NCBI GenBank assembly: GCA_024704765.1
Contig: JAKMXF010000144.1
Span: 496,001-560,000, forward strand
DNA from: Oopsacas minuta
Lineage: Eukaryota; Animalia; Porifera
Reading direction: 5' to 3'
Length of the DNA: 64,000 nt
Position 1 is the first letter of the stretch. Each line of letters starts with the position of its first letter. The notes beneath the pieces were generated by a model that worked only from the letters and a program-made list of their open reading frames with translations, did no database searches and had not been told where the DNA came from. Shown here piece by piece: positions 1 through 10,827 of this stretch. The position numbers and the translations under genes are program-made.

Positions 1-738
1 CATCTCATCTGCTATGTCCTGAGGGATCTCGCCAGTGAGAGGATTAAACACAGGCTCAAATTGCTTGAGTAGGACAGTAGAAAGAGGTTCTCTATCGCTT
101 ATCCTCAAGCTTGTAACCTCAAGGATCGGCTTACCAGGTAGCTCAATGAGAATAGTTCCAGGTTGTTCAAGAGTACATTCTTTATTGATAGGATCAGTTC
201 CTAGTGTAGGATTTGACCATTCTATCTGTGTTGTTTTAGTTTTTGTTTGTGATTTAACATCCATGTCTCCTGGTGGTGGGGGAGACAATCTTGACAGAGA
301 TGGAGTATAGGTAGAACAATATCTGTTAGTATTCTCGTATTTGGGAGGGAATAGTAACATCTGTGGAGCAGAATCCTGTAGATAACTATCAATAAGAGCT
401 ACTGTATGCTCGTCTTTCTTCAATTGATCATCCTTACTGTGAGTATCTGAAATAAATCAAATATATTTTATAAGTAGAATGTATTGTCAGATTATTGACT
501 ATTACTTCTTAGAGAACTCACCTTCAACATCTTCAAAATTAATCTTAGACCGTTTCCCCGTAGAAATAAAACCACATAACAGTGGAGGTAGTTCCTCCTC
601 CTCTCTTACACTATCTCCCTCTACCTCAGGATCAATCTGTCCCTGTAGATGGAGAGCTCTTAAGGAGGTGTAATTCAAGAGGTTATTGTGTACACCTCCT
701 GATATTAAGTCAACATCACTTTTAGATACAGGGTTCAG

Positions 739-837
<99 letters not shown>

Positions 838-2007
838 GTCGTCATTATCATCATCATCATCCTCATCATCATCCTCATCATCATCCTCATCATCATCCTC
901 AGTATTCCTAAAAATAAATATTCAATTCTAGCTAGCGATTAAAATAGAAGTATTTATACTTTTCTATTTGTGTCTTGGGTATGGGGTAGGTTTGTGCTTT
1001 GTGAATTGGCATAATTGTATCAAGATTGTGTATAGATGATAATTGTTGAGGATTGAATTTAGGTACAATTACGTCAGAGAGGAGAGATCCAAATTGTAAC
1101 TTTGGCTTGGCACCTATTTCTAAATCATTTTTAGATATCCAGGTGGAGTCAGACGTTTCATAAATTAGCGTAGAAAATGAGTGTCTTTCTGAGGAAAACC
1201 TCTCAAGAATACTCTGTCTGTCTGCACGCGTCTAGAATAAGAAAAATATACTTATATGTGAATAAATAATAAATATTAAGTCGTATGTACCACATTGAAG
1301 TTATCCTTAAGAAGTTTGGGTTTTGCCTGTGGTTTAGGCTCTATCTTTTTGGCAGGCTGTAGAGTTATACCAGTTAGTTCTTTCAGATCGTATCCACTCC
1401 CATAGTTGGATCTAGTATTTATAGAATCGTTATTTTTGTCTCGCATAGATTTAACCTTTTCAATTAATTCAAATCTGAGTCTCTGAATAGAAATAGCTTC
1501 AGAGATATTCCATACCAGCTGTGCTCTCAATCTGCTCATGTTAGCTGCTATACTGAATAGTTGAGAGTCTGTATTTGCATCCTATAACCCAAAAAAATAA
1601 AAATATAAATACAGTGAACCAAGAGCACTGTACTTATTATATGAAATTACCTCTTCACTTCTATGCAGAGCACTAACAGCATGGGATATAGTATTCATGA
1701 ACAGACCCTGTGATCTCTTAACTATCTCCACAGCAACTAATCGCTTAACTTCCTGGTTCTCACGAGGAGACAGGAAAGGATCATTTATCTGCATTTTGAA
1801 ATCACTCCATTTCACAGCTAGTTCTCCTAAAATTATATTCGCAAAATTTTTCTGTTCCTCTACTGCTACTTCTGTCACTTCCTTGATAGGTTGTAGTCTT
1901 GCTAGTAGCAGTGTATATATCTCCTCTAGCGACGTAGGAGATACAGGGATAGCACGATCAGCTGGTATGTCACGTGGATGTACTACCTTCTCCACTGATG
2001 TGTGCAT
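1..2007 (-). CDS. Multi-exon coiled-coil protein, CCDC87-like; 3' part runs off the window start; contains a 54-codon poly-Asp/Glu tract
   Basis: ORF 1582-2007 splices (GAAGAG|GTAATT ... GGTTATAG|GAT) into the frame of ORF 1276-1539, giving DPFLSPRENQEVKRLVAVEIV...FSIAANMSRLRAQL, which resembles the N-terminus of invertebrate CCDC87-like proteins from memory. Further exons are seen at about 930-1227 and 523-908. The family call is an inference. Confidence 0.5.
739..900. repeat. (ATC)n microsatellite: 33 perfect units then interrupted units; codes for poly-Asp/Glu on the - strand
   Basis: Directly visible. The - strand reads TTTTTAG|G AAT ACT GAG GAT GAT GAT GAG ... GAT CTG AAC CCT, in an open frame continuing to a GTGAGT donor near 522. 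Confidence 0.95.
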
Positions 2008-2540
2008 CTAACCATAATACAGTTTGCTTTCATATTGTACAGTATTTATTACATAATTACCAACTTTTACAAAATTTCCGGTATTTTCAAAAGTTCCCCT
2101 TGGATATAAAGTGATATCCCAGGCATGTTTGTTAACCCCTCCCATGGGGGTCAGTTATAACAAGTACCAGTGAAATAAAGTTATAAAGGATGGGAAGTCG
2201 TTCTGTACCAGGCAGTTCATAATCACGCCTGTAGATAAATCACCTACCTAAATATTTGATTTGATGTCTTAAAATGTAAATCGATATCTTTTAGCCATAA
2301 CTAATATGGATAATTGATTTATATGAGTGTTTGTTGAAGTTTGGGCTGAATATGATATTTATGGAAATAATACCTGTAGCTAATGAGTTGAGATAATAAC
2401 GCTCTCTTTTCGTTACTACTACCATCTATACCATCCTAAATGTGGTCTCATTTCCCAGCAGTGATAGGCATGGAGTAAGATTTGGAACTATAAATGGAAT
2501 TTTGAAACTTTCGAGATATTTCGGTAAAGTTGGCTAAAGG

Positions 2541-3281
2541 ATGTTACGTATATTTATTTGTTTATCAGCGCTATATTTTGTGTATGTGTTATCTGCAGCG
2601 AGCCATGACATAAATGGTAGGATTAAAACTGACGCAACTCAACAGACAAAATTCACCCCTATAGTTACAGATCCTATCAATGAGAAAACAACAAGTACAC
2701 TATCAATTCAAAATACTACAGCCAGTAGCATTCCATCTTCTACCACCCTAGCAACTCAAACAACAACTTTTAACATTTCATTATCAACCACCATAGCAAC
2801 ACAAACAAACTCTACATTACCACTGAAAGACATAGTAGAAATGTATGTGTATTTGGGAGTAGGAATTATAGCAGCTATTTTATTACCATTTTTAATGTGT
2901 GTTACATTTGTGATAGTATTTTGCATACATTTCTTTAACAGAAAGAAGCAACAACACAGCATTAAATCGTACGAGTTTCCTTGGGGAAATTGTCAGATCT
3001 ACGGGATACAACAGACACCAGAGAATACACCAGAGCATGACTTATTTAAGAAAGTTATCGTCGACAATAAAGTTATCTATGTCAGGAATTCAGAGGGTAT
3101 GCAACAGTATCCTGATAAGCTAGCTAATCCAGTCTATGAGATAGTAGATGACAACTTTAAGGAGTTTAAGTTATGTGAAAATTCCTCTGGAAAAGCTAGT
3201 TCCTCTCTTGCTAGTACTAACCTCTCAGAAGTTACAGCAATTGAGAACAATAACTCACTGCTTTATGAAGTAATAACTTAA
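2541..3281 (+). CDS. Intronless single-pass type I membrane protein: signal peptide, Thr/Ser-rich stalk, TM, Tyr-motif tail (NPVY)
   Basis: 246-aa ORF with a hydrophobic N-terminus, T/S-rich mucin-like region, TM (VYLGVGIIAAILLPFLMCVTFVIVFCIHFF) followed by RKK, and tail motifs ANPVYEIV and LLYEVIT. No family recognised. Confidence 0.7.
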   Translation: MLRIFICLSALYFVYVLSAASHDINGRIKTDATQQTKFTPIVTDPINEKTTSTLSIQNTTASSIPSSTTLATQTTTFNISLSTTIATQTNSTLPLKDIVEMYVYLGVGIIAAILLPFLMCVTFVIVFCIHFFNRKKQQHSIKSYEFPWGNCQIYGIQQTPENTPEHDLFKKVIVDNKVIYVRNSEGMQQYPDKLANPVYEIVDDNFKEFKLCENSSGKASSSLASTNLSEVTAIENNNSLLYEVIT

Positions 3282-3356
3282 TTAATATATGCAATAAGTG
3301 TGGAGTATTAAGTATGTGCTTTATTAATAATATCATATAATATATTCTGGGTTATT

Positions 3357-4763
3357 TTAAGGTTCAATCGTATTTTGTAATTGTGTTAATAACTGATCCT
3401 CCTCCTTTTGGGAAACAGAAGAATCATTGAGTATTAGTCTCTGTTTAAGATATTTTTCTTCATCCCTACTCTCTAAATTATGTCTATCCGGGACACTTTG
3501 TTGCCTAGAAAACTTGTCTTGTTCAATCCGTCTTTTCATAATATTCTGGTTGGTACTACGCATAATATCGTACATTCTATCTCTCCTAGCTTGTGATCGT
3601 TTATTATAACGTTTTAGGAAATCATAGTACGTTACGTTAGTCGTGTTTGGAGGGATGTGTGCATGTGAGTGTTGCAGTAGAATTGAGTTGGTGGGATTAT
3701 GCACTATATCTCTACAGCTGAGGTAATATTCCATTAAAGGACTGTGGCCTGTTGTTCTGAGGAGGGTGCGCTCTAATAAATAAGATGGACCATGGATAGG
3801 ATTAGACTCTGGTTTCTTTGTGAAAACGAATTTCTTGAGTTTGGATTTATCATATTCTTGTTCCTGAGGTTTACTTAATTTTAAGCTAATCTTATCTTCA
3901 GCTGGTGTCTTGACATCATTAGAGTTGTGATGAAGAATAACTCCCTGAATTAGTTTATCAATCGGCCAGTTTTTCCATGAATTAGGGAAGGGGGGTAATC
4001 CTGTAAACCAATAGTGAATCAGGTTGCATATCTTTGACTTAAAATTATCATCAAATTGATTTGATGACGTAGGGTATGCACGGATATAAGTTGTAAATAT
4101 AGTTTGACATAAAATTTCTAGCTGAATGTGTAAAAATTTATCTTTGAATTTATTTCTGCTATCAAGCAATGCAAAGAAATCTCCAAAAGAATTCGCAGTT
4201 CGAATAAATAAATATTCTTGAATTATTTTATTCGGATTATAAGAATCTAGAAATACCCACCAAAACAGGTCCAGTACAATTGTATGTATTTTCTCATCCA
4301 TCATTTTATTTCTAGAATATTCTTTAAAACCTGGTTTCTTCTGGAGATAAGCTTGTGCGTTTATGACGTCAGTTATAATATCAGTAACACTCAAATTGAA
4401 TGGTAGAGGTGTAGCTTCATGCTGTGTGTATCCAGGGTATGTTGCTAGCTCGATAAGTCGCGGTTTTTGTAGAATAGAATTCCGAGCTTCTGTAGATTTA
4501 GAAGATGCGTTAGGTACTCGTTTTCGCGTTCTTACAGCTGATATTTCTTCCCAGTTATCAATCAGGGGCCCGAAATTACATGGCACTACTTGAGAACATG
4601 GATTCGAGAGGATTCTGTTAACTTCAAAGATGCTTCCCATTTCTTCTAGGGATAAGACCTTAGGAGGAGGTTTACCAGTAACTATTGCTTGTCTTCCTAT
4701 AGGACTCTTGTCACATTCAACTACTATAGTATGATGTCCGTCATATACGGTTAGATGGGACAT
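3357..4763 (-). CDS. FAM227: FAM227 family protein (FWWh domain)
   Basis: 468-aa ORF containing IVLDLFWWVFLDSY...LFIRTANSFGDFF...ILCQTIFTTYIRAYP...FKSKICNLIHYWFTGLPP, the FWWh signature. Confidence 0.8.
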   Translation of the reverse strand: MSHLTVYDGHHTIVVECDKSPIGRQAIVTGKPPPKVLSLEEMGSIFEVNRILSNPCSQVVPCNFGPLIDNWEEISAVRTRKRVPNASSKSTEARNSILQKPRLIELATYPGYTQHEATPLPFNLSVTDIITDVINAQAYLQKKPGFKEYSRNKMMDEKIHTIVLDLFWWVFLDSYNPNKIIQEYLFIRTANSFGDFFALLDSRNKFKDKFLHIQLEILCQTIFTTYIRAYPTSSNQFDDNFKSKICNLIHYWFTGLPPFPNSWKNWPIDKLIQGVILHHNSNDVKTPAEDKISLKLSKPQEQEYDKSKLKKFVFTKKPESNPIHGPSYLLERTLLRTTGHSPLMEYYLSCRDIVHNPTNSILLQHSHAHIPPNTTNVTYYDFLKRYNKRSQARRDRMYDIMRSTNQNIMKRRIEQDKFSRQQSVPDRHNLESRDEEKYLKQRLILNDSSVSQKEEDQLLTQLQNTIEP

Positions 4764-4934
4764 TCTAGAATACTAGTAATATAACTTAAAATCTGCTAAT
4801 ATGTAAGAATAATTAATATTCGACCGAATTACCTCGGAGTGCGGCAGTTCAGGTAGTTTTGGCCAAAATATATGTACCAAGGTTAGGCACTCAACTCTAT
4901 AGTTTATAATTTACAAACTTACTATTTTCATATA

Positions 4935-5477
4935 TTAAAAAGTATTCAGAGGATGCCCGTCTCCACTCAGAGCATGCTCTATCTTGACAATTGAATAACG
5001 GTATTAAATATATGGCTTGGCTGTTTCTAGGCATTTTTAGACACTCCTAGCTTGTTGGAGTGGGTATTTCCCCTGTATTAATGGCTACCTGCTTAGATGT
5101 TGTTTTGGGGAATTTTGAGGCGCGTGTATGCTCTGAGTACAAATGGAGCATGCTCTGAGTACAGATAGATTATGCCCTGAGTGCAGATAGAGCATGCTCT
5201 GAGTGCAGATAGAGCATGCTCTGAGTACAGATAGATTATGCCCTGAGTGCAGATAGAGCATGCTCTGAGTGCAGATAGAGCATGCTCTGAGTGCAGATAG
5301 AGCATGCTCTGAGTGCAGATAGATTATGCCCTGAGTGCAGATAGAGCATGCTCTGAGTACAGATAGATTATGCCCTGAGTGCAGATAGAGCATGCTCTGA
5401 GTACAGATAGATTATGCCCTGAGTGCAGATAGAGCATGCTCTGAGTACAGATAGAGCATGCTCTGAGTACTTTTCAA
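4935..5477. mobile_element. Foldback/MITE-like element whose inverted ends are built from a 22-bp repeat unit; right arm expanded into a minisatellite
   Basis: Left end TTAAAAAGTATTCAGAGGATGC (4935-4956) versus reverse complement of the right end TTGAAAAGTACTCAGAGCATGC. A second inverted unit lies at 4964-4984. TA flanks both ends. Confidence 0.65.
5128..5470. repeat. 22-bp minisatellite: 15 full units plus a partial unit, consensus AGATAGAGCATGCTCTGAGTRC with variant AGATAGATTATGCCCTGAGTGC
   Basis: Units counted directly from 5141 to 5470; 5 are the variant type. The core AGAGCATGCTCT is a perfect palindrome. Confidence 0.97.
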
Positions 5478-5532
5478 TACCTCCAAATTTAGTTTCTACT
5501 TTGAATGATTTTTCCGATTGTAAAAGCTACCA

Positions 5533-6137
5533 ATGCGGCTGATTAGAAAATGGCCTAAATTACGACGTAGAGTTATCATATTTAGGAGGATACGTGATAA
5601 AGTATATTGGTATTGTCGTGATTTCAAGGAGGAATTTATAACCGAATTAGAGGTAAATAAGGAGGAGAAGGTGGTACATCTCGCGGAGGAACCTCTCTAC
5701 TACAGAGCATATCTATACATTCTAGTAGGTTGACACTACTACGATAATAATTGATAAATTATTGGTTTACAATTTACTAATTTTAGGCAATCCCTCCAGG
5801 TCTAAGAGATGCAGCAATATCTTGGAAAACTGATTATGAAGAGTGGGCTACGTTTCGAGACAAAAAACAATTGGAATTCACAAATTTTCGCAAAGAGATA
5901 CAAGATCTACACACAGACAATAAACAGGACTATAATATGTCGTTATCTGTTGTAGTCAGAATGATAAGAGATTCTATAAAATCTTTTTTACAAGGTTACA
6001 ATGAAGCAATCGCTGGAAAACCTTTTCCTTATGAAGAGGTGATAAAATCCGAACAAGTAAAAGAAAAGAAAAATTTCCCTCCAGTAGATGAGAAAGATAG
6101 AAATTCCCAGAAAACAATCAATGATAAAATTCCTTGA
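5533..6137 (+). CDS. Two-exon hypothetical protein (180 aa) with a basic N-terminus, possibly mitochondrial
   Basis: Exon 1 5533-5724, intron GTAGGT...TTTTAG 5725-5786, exon 2 5787-6137 in frame (AIPPGLRDAAISWKTDYEEW...RDSIKSFLQGYNEAIAG). Confidence 0.65.
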
Positions 6138-6326
6138 TTCCGAAAATTATTACTATGACATAATTGTAATATCCATGAGCACATTTAATATCATACTAGG
6201 AACTATTGAAATACTTTTTGTTTTTCCCGATATTATCACTCCATATATGGTAATTTTCCCGTACATTAATAATATGTATTCGCATTTACTCTTATAAAAT
6301 GCTAAATTTGTAGTAATTAGTATGAA

Positions 6327-7691
6327 ATGTCTTCTTCACGACCAGATGATATTTTCGCAGCTATCAAGGTAGATGATGACAGTTATGTGTTGGAATGGCT
6401 GTCACGCCCCGGGACTCTAGACTTGAACCAAGGAGACGGTCACGGCTTTACTCCTCTCATATGGGGCTCGTACTATGGACGTGTCAACATGGTAGACAAG
6501 TTTCTATCTAAGGGGGCTATACCTGATGTACCTAACATGGGAGGAGATACTGCTTTACATCAGGCTGCTTCCTGTAACCATTACGAGATAGTATTACGGC
6601 TATTGAATAACGGAGCTAATGTGAATGCAACTAACGAGCATGGTAACACACCGTTACATTACGCATGTTTCTGGAATCATATCAGAGTATGTCAACTGCT
6701 TGTTAAGCAAGGAGCTTTGGTAATGAAAGCTAATAAATTTGGAGATAGTCCCTTGTCCAGAGCTAGAGGAGAACTTGCTGTTGGACTGCAGCAATTCGCG
6801 AAAGATTGTGGACAAGATCTCAGTACTATACCGTATAACGCAAAGATGGAACAACGAACAAAAGCAGACATGCAAATGAAAGATAAAAACATGGAAGTAG
6901 AGCTATCTTCCATTGCAAAATCTCTTAAGTTAGGTAGTACACCCTCTGGAGAGACTTGGAAAGCCTCTTGGAGCGGACACACTGTCATCACGAAGAAACT
7001 CAAAATCTTGGAAGTGAACAAAGACAAATTCCGATATTTTCTTCAAGAAGCAGGCCGTCTCCGCGTGTTTGGCCACCAGCACATCTTACCAGTAGTAGGC
7101 ATAGTTAACGACATACATAATCCTCATATCCTGTCTCCTTTCTGTTCAAGAGGCTCTCTATTCGAAGTGTTACACCCTAAAGGACACAAGTTAAGTGACC
7201 TAGTGCGATTGAATATAATCAAAGGCATAAGTCGCGGCATGCAGTATCTACACGGTTTAGACCCTATCATACCGAGACTTGCTCTGAACTCACATCATGT
7301 TATCATTGACGATTCATTCAATCCAATGATTAGTCTAGGTGATGCTAGATTCTCATTTCAAGACAATCAACGTGTGTACTACCCGCATTGGATTGCTCCA
7401 GAGGTTCTAAGGCTAGGTTGGGATAATATTAACCACAGACTAGCTGATATGTACAGTTTTGCTATTATTATGTGGGAGTGTGCTACTGCTCAGATACCCT
7501 TTATAGATATACCACATCAAGATCCTATTGTAATTGGACGTACAATTGTTATCAAAGAGCTGCGACCTGATTTATCAATTGTTACTAATCTACATCTGGG
7601 TAAACTGATAGATATCGCATGGAACTTTGTACCCGCGAAACGACCCCCTTTCGATAGAGTATCTCCCATTATTGAGAAACTTAAACACTAG
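6327..7691 (+). CDS. ILK: Integrin-linked kinase (ankyrin repeats plus pseudokinase), intronless
   Basis: DLNQGDGHGFTPLIW, NMGGDTALH, NEHGNTPLHYACFW ankyrin repeats; GETWKASW, LNSHHVIID, YYPHWIAPE, ADMYSFAI kinase-like domain lacking HRD. Confidence 0.96.
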   Translation: MSSSRPDDIFAAIKVDDDSYVLEWLSRPGTLDLNQGDGHGFTPLIWGSYYGRVNMVDKFLSKGAIPDVPNMGGDTALHQAASCNHYEIVLRLLNNGANVNATNEHGNTPLHYACFWNHIRVCQLLVKQGALVMKANKFGDSPLSRARGELAVGLQQFAKDCGQDLSTIPYNAKMEQRTKADMQMKDKNMEVELSSIAKSLKLGSTPSGETWKASWSGHTVITKKLKILEVNKDKFRYFLQEAGRLRVFGHQHILPVVGIVNDIHNPHILSPFCSRGSLFEVLHPKGHKLSDLVRLNIIKGISRGMQYLHGLDPIIPRLALNSHHVIIDDSFNPMISLGDARFSFQDNQRVYYPHWIAPEVLRLGWDNINHRLADMYSFAIIMWECATAQIPFIDIPHQDPIVIGRTIVIKELRPDLSIVTNLHLGKLIDIAWNFVPAKRPPFDRVSPIIEKLKH

Positions 7692-8231
7692 TGTATATTG
7701 TTATATTTGTCACATAAATAAATATAATTTCATTTCTATTATCTTATATTGTACTCTGTATCAAAGGATTATTGTGATTATATTTGTGAATTTTATTGAT
7801 AATGGTGACGTGAACTGCCAGGCCATACCCTTGTTAATTATTATAGAAAATAAACAATAGTCTTATTAACTTCATTAATAGTTAAGTCAATTACTACAAC
7901 CACATTCACGTAATTAATAATTATACTCTGAAGTATCTGTTAAATATGAATAGTGTTACGATCAAGAAATGAAGTATCAAATTTAATTGGTGTATATTCA
8001 GATTTTCCCTGTGGACTGTGGCATAACAGATAATTCTTTGGCTGCTATAAATGGATAAATGAATTCCTTCAAGACTTTATTCTACCCTTTAGCTGTACTT
8101 TAACAAATACGTTTATACATATGTATCATCTAATATTTTAATTTCTGAACAGTTTTGATCATATTTATCAATTATTTCTTTATATTTACCTTCAGTGAGA
8201 CCAGTGGATAGCTATACAGATAGATAAGGCT

Positions 8232-8799
8232 ATGAACCACGAATTGATAGAGTCTCCTGTTGCCATCACTAACCACGGCACTATTCAAGCTAACAGACAG
8301 GACATATTGACACAACATGAATTCTCTGATATCCCTATGCACTCTCTTCCTAAGAAACCAATCGACTGGTCTCAGACTCCTCAACAACCTACGATAGCCT
8401 TGTCTACTCCAATCCATCTATCTGCTATAGATTCAGATAATATACAGGAGGGAGAAGTAGTGATGTAAGTATAATTCTTACGTAATACTTGTATTTAGTG
8501 TAGTATTATTAATTATCATAATCTATCAGAATAGAGGAATCCAATAATAATACAAAAGAAGAAGAAATCGATGCCGTGGCTCAAGTATTAGATGATTGGG
8601 ATCCTATGGCAGAGGAACATTCTAAGGAGAAAAGGTATTTGAATTCTTGATTTGAGTACACTTGTTTGTTGTATATGGATTATTTATGTGTTTATACCTT
8701 CTACATAGAAAGCTTAAAGAGATAACTCCAGAAACAGGAAATTCATTAACTATACATTTCCAGAATCTTCCACTTTCTCTAAGCAAGGTACTTCCATAA
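8232..8799 (+). CDS. Putative small three-exon hypothetical protein
   Basis: Exons 8232-8464, 8530-8634 and 8709-8799 join in frame through GTAAGT...TATCAG and GTATTT...ACATAG introns. No homology recognised; the start is uncertain. Confidence 0.4.
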
Positions 8800-9023
8800 A
8801 ATTACCCAACTATCTATCCTTACTTTATGCTATTCTATCAGGAATCTTTTTGTAATATGCTAAAGCGAGCTGGAAATCCTACGAACTTATTCTTAGCTCG
8901 ACACAAACAGAAACAAGGAAATTTCGCGTATGTTTACATGATGTCATAGTTTGTTTAGTAAAAGTATATACGTATACTACAGTTATATATTTTCTAATTA
9001 AAACACAGTGAAGATAATCTAAT

Positions 9024-10214
9024 TCACATAAATTCAATTCCCTCGTACTTCTCATTCCCTATTCTTACATCTGGTAATAATACATTTCCTAATAAGTCAA
9101 ACACAGTTATATACGTAGCTATTTGTCCGTTGTCTTCTTCTGATTTCAGAGCTACGATAATCCGTTCATCTGTCCCAGGTAAGAACTTAAAAGATGAGAA
9201 TCCACGTGTAGGTATGATAACCCCTACTTTCCTAATATTACAATGTTTGAAATCTTCTGTACATATCATAATGATATTAGACCCCCGCTTCTCGTCATCT
9301 ATATCATTATATTTTTCTTGTGATACTCTCCGTGGCAGTATTACCCATCTTTGTGTGTATTCTGACCACATTACTGCCTCATGTATTATATATCCAGGTG
9401 TAGATATGTTTAAATGTTCACGTAGTTTAAGATACACATCTCTCCATGAGATATGTAGTGTGCTACCTGTTGGTGAGATTATCTTGATATGCATAGGATT
9501 ATCATTGATGTATTCTCCCTGTATAGAAGTCCATTCCTTTCCTAATCCTCCTACATACAGTGTATTGTCTTTTATAGTCATCCATTCTGCTTTGAATCCC
9601 TTCTTATCATTACCATCCCCATCAGTTAACAGCACCCAGGGTATAACATTCCAATCTCCATCTACGGTATCTACCACCAGTTTATATACTATCCCAGTCC
9701 TGTCATCCACTGACAACATCTCCCCATTGAATACGATTAATTCTGACAGCTCCATTCCTCTTCCGCCCCTAGAGTAGTCCCCTCTTAAGCTCATAGGTGC
9801 CCTGTTAAACTCAGCTTTGAACCGGCTAGCTCCATCCCAGCTGAGAGTTCCTTCAAGTAAGAAACTCTGCCATTCTTCCTTCCCTGCCTCAACTCTTGAT
9901 CTGTCATCTAAATCAGCTACTAGTGCCAGCTGATAGATCTTAGAGTTACCATCTCCCTTTATAACGTGAGGTTGATGTGACGGTACTGTGAATAGCGTGG
10001 ATTGTTGTACTTTTCCATTACACTGTGTGTCGTAAGGACATATACTCCCCCATGTCATTAGTACAGTAGACATAATTATAACAGCACAAACCATGACTCC
10101 CATTTTAATCAAAGTTCTGTGATTATTGCGTCTCGGTAGAATGCAGCCTAGTTTTGTAAGATGAGGTCTGTTTGAGGAAATTCTGATGCTGTCATCTATT
10201 GAGCATACATTCAT
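9024..10214 (-). CDS. CANT1: Calcium-activated nucleotidase / apyrase (type II membrane), intronless
   Basis: ADLD, GRGMELSELIVFNG, DDRTG, GFKAEW, YVGGLGKEWT, GYIIHEA, RGFSSFKFLPGT and KYEGIEF motifs; N-terminal TM anchor. Confidence 0.95.
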   Translation of the reverse strand: MNVCSIDDSIRISSNRPHLTKLGCILPRRNNHRTLIKMGVMVCAVIIMSTVLMTWGSICPYDTQCNGKVQQSTLFTVPSHQPHVIKGDGNSKIYQLALVADLDDRSRVEAGKEEWQSFLLEGTLSWDGASRFKAEFNRAPMSLRGDYSRGGRGMELSELIVFNGEMLSVDDRTGIVYKLVVDTVDGDWNVIPWVLLTDGDGNDKKGFKAEWMTIKDNTLYVGGLGKEWTSIQGEYINDNPMHIKIISPTGSTLHISWRDVYLKLREHLNISTPGYIIHEAVMWSEYTQRWVILPRRVSQEKYNDIDDEKRGSNIIMICTEDFKHCNIRKVGVIIPTRGFSSFKFLPGTDERIIVALKSEEDNGQIATYITVFDLLGNVLLPDVRIGNEKYEGIEFM

Positions 10215-10620
10215 TTTTGTGAAGGGGTTTGCTAATAATTCATTGTATTTATACTAAGCTATTGCTTTGTTTCTATACCTAACTAATGTATTGCGATAAT
10301 ATAGACCCTCAGGGCAACTTTGGAAGAGATTTATCATAGTTTCATCCTCAAGCTTGAAATGATAATCTATAAGTTATTGTATTAGAATTTTACAGAAATT
10401 AAGTGTGATAATTATTGTATAAATTATTCTGATAGTAATTGTATGCTACTTTCAATTAGCTATTCGTATAATCCTGACTTCCTCTACAACAAATGACATA
10501 ACTTAGCTAATCAGTCACATACTCTCTCTGCAATAATTAGGAGTGTGTAGCATGTAGCCATCTAAAAAGCCAGTATTGAAATGAGATTGTAATATCGAAT
10601 GGAGGAAAGAATATTATTAG

Positions 10621-10827
10621 CATACTTGCAACTGTCCCGTTTTTGGCAGGACGTCCCACGTTTTCGGACATGTGTTGCGGGTAATGTCCCGCCAAAACTT
10701 GCCAATAACCTTAACTGTCCCGCATTTTTGTAGTCCAGTCTAATACAAATATGCTACGTCCCGCGATGTCCCGCTAAAGTAGTACCTTACGTCCCACGTT
10801 TTCCTTCACTCAGATTTGGCAAGCATG
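10621..10827. mobile_element. 207-bp MITE with imperfect TIRs, a 6-bp target-site duplication and internal GTCCC repeats
   Basis: Left CATACTTGCAA versus reverse complement of right end CATGCTTGCCAA; TATTAG at both 10615-10620 and 10828-10833; about 7 internal (C/A/T)TGTCCCG or ACGTCCC motifs; GC-rich relative to flanks. Confidence 0.8.

Noticed and set aside
686-931. Poly-Ser ORF on the + strand
   Set aside because: It is the antisense reading of the (GAT)n poly-Asp exon; splice signals and frame continuity support the - strand.
5085-5393. Repetitive ORFs (MLYLHS.../LRACSICTQ...)
   Set aside because: Translations of the 22-bp minisatellite with no independent coding evidence.
5128-5470. 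CRISPR-like array (palindromic repeats at regular spacing)
   Set aside because: The 10-nt sequences between palindromes are near-identical rather than unique spacers, there are no cas genes, and the context is eukaryotic; it is a minisatellite.
9130-9777. 215-aa ORF antisense to CANT1, and similar antisense ORFs inside the Tudor, RPTP and EGF genes
   Set aside because: Shadow ORFs opposite well-supported genes; non-ATG starts or no recognisable motifs.
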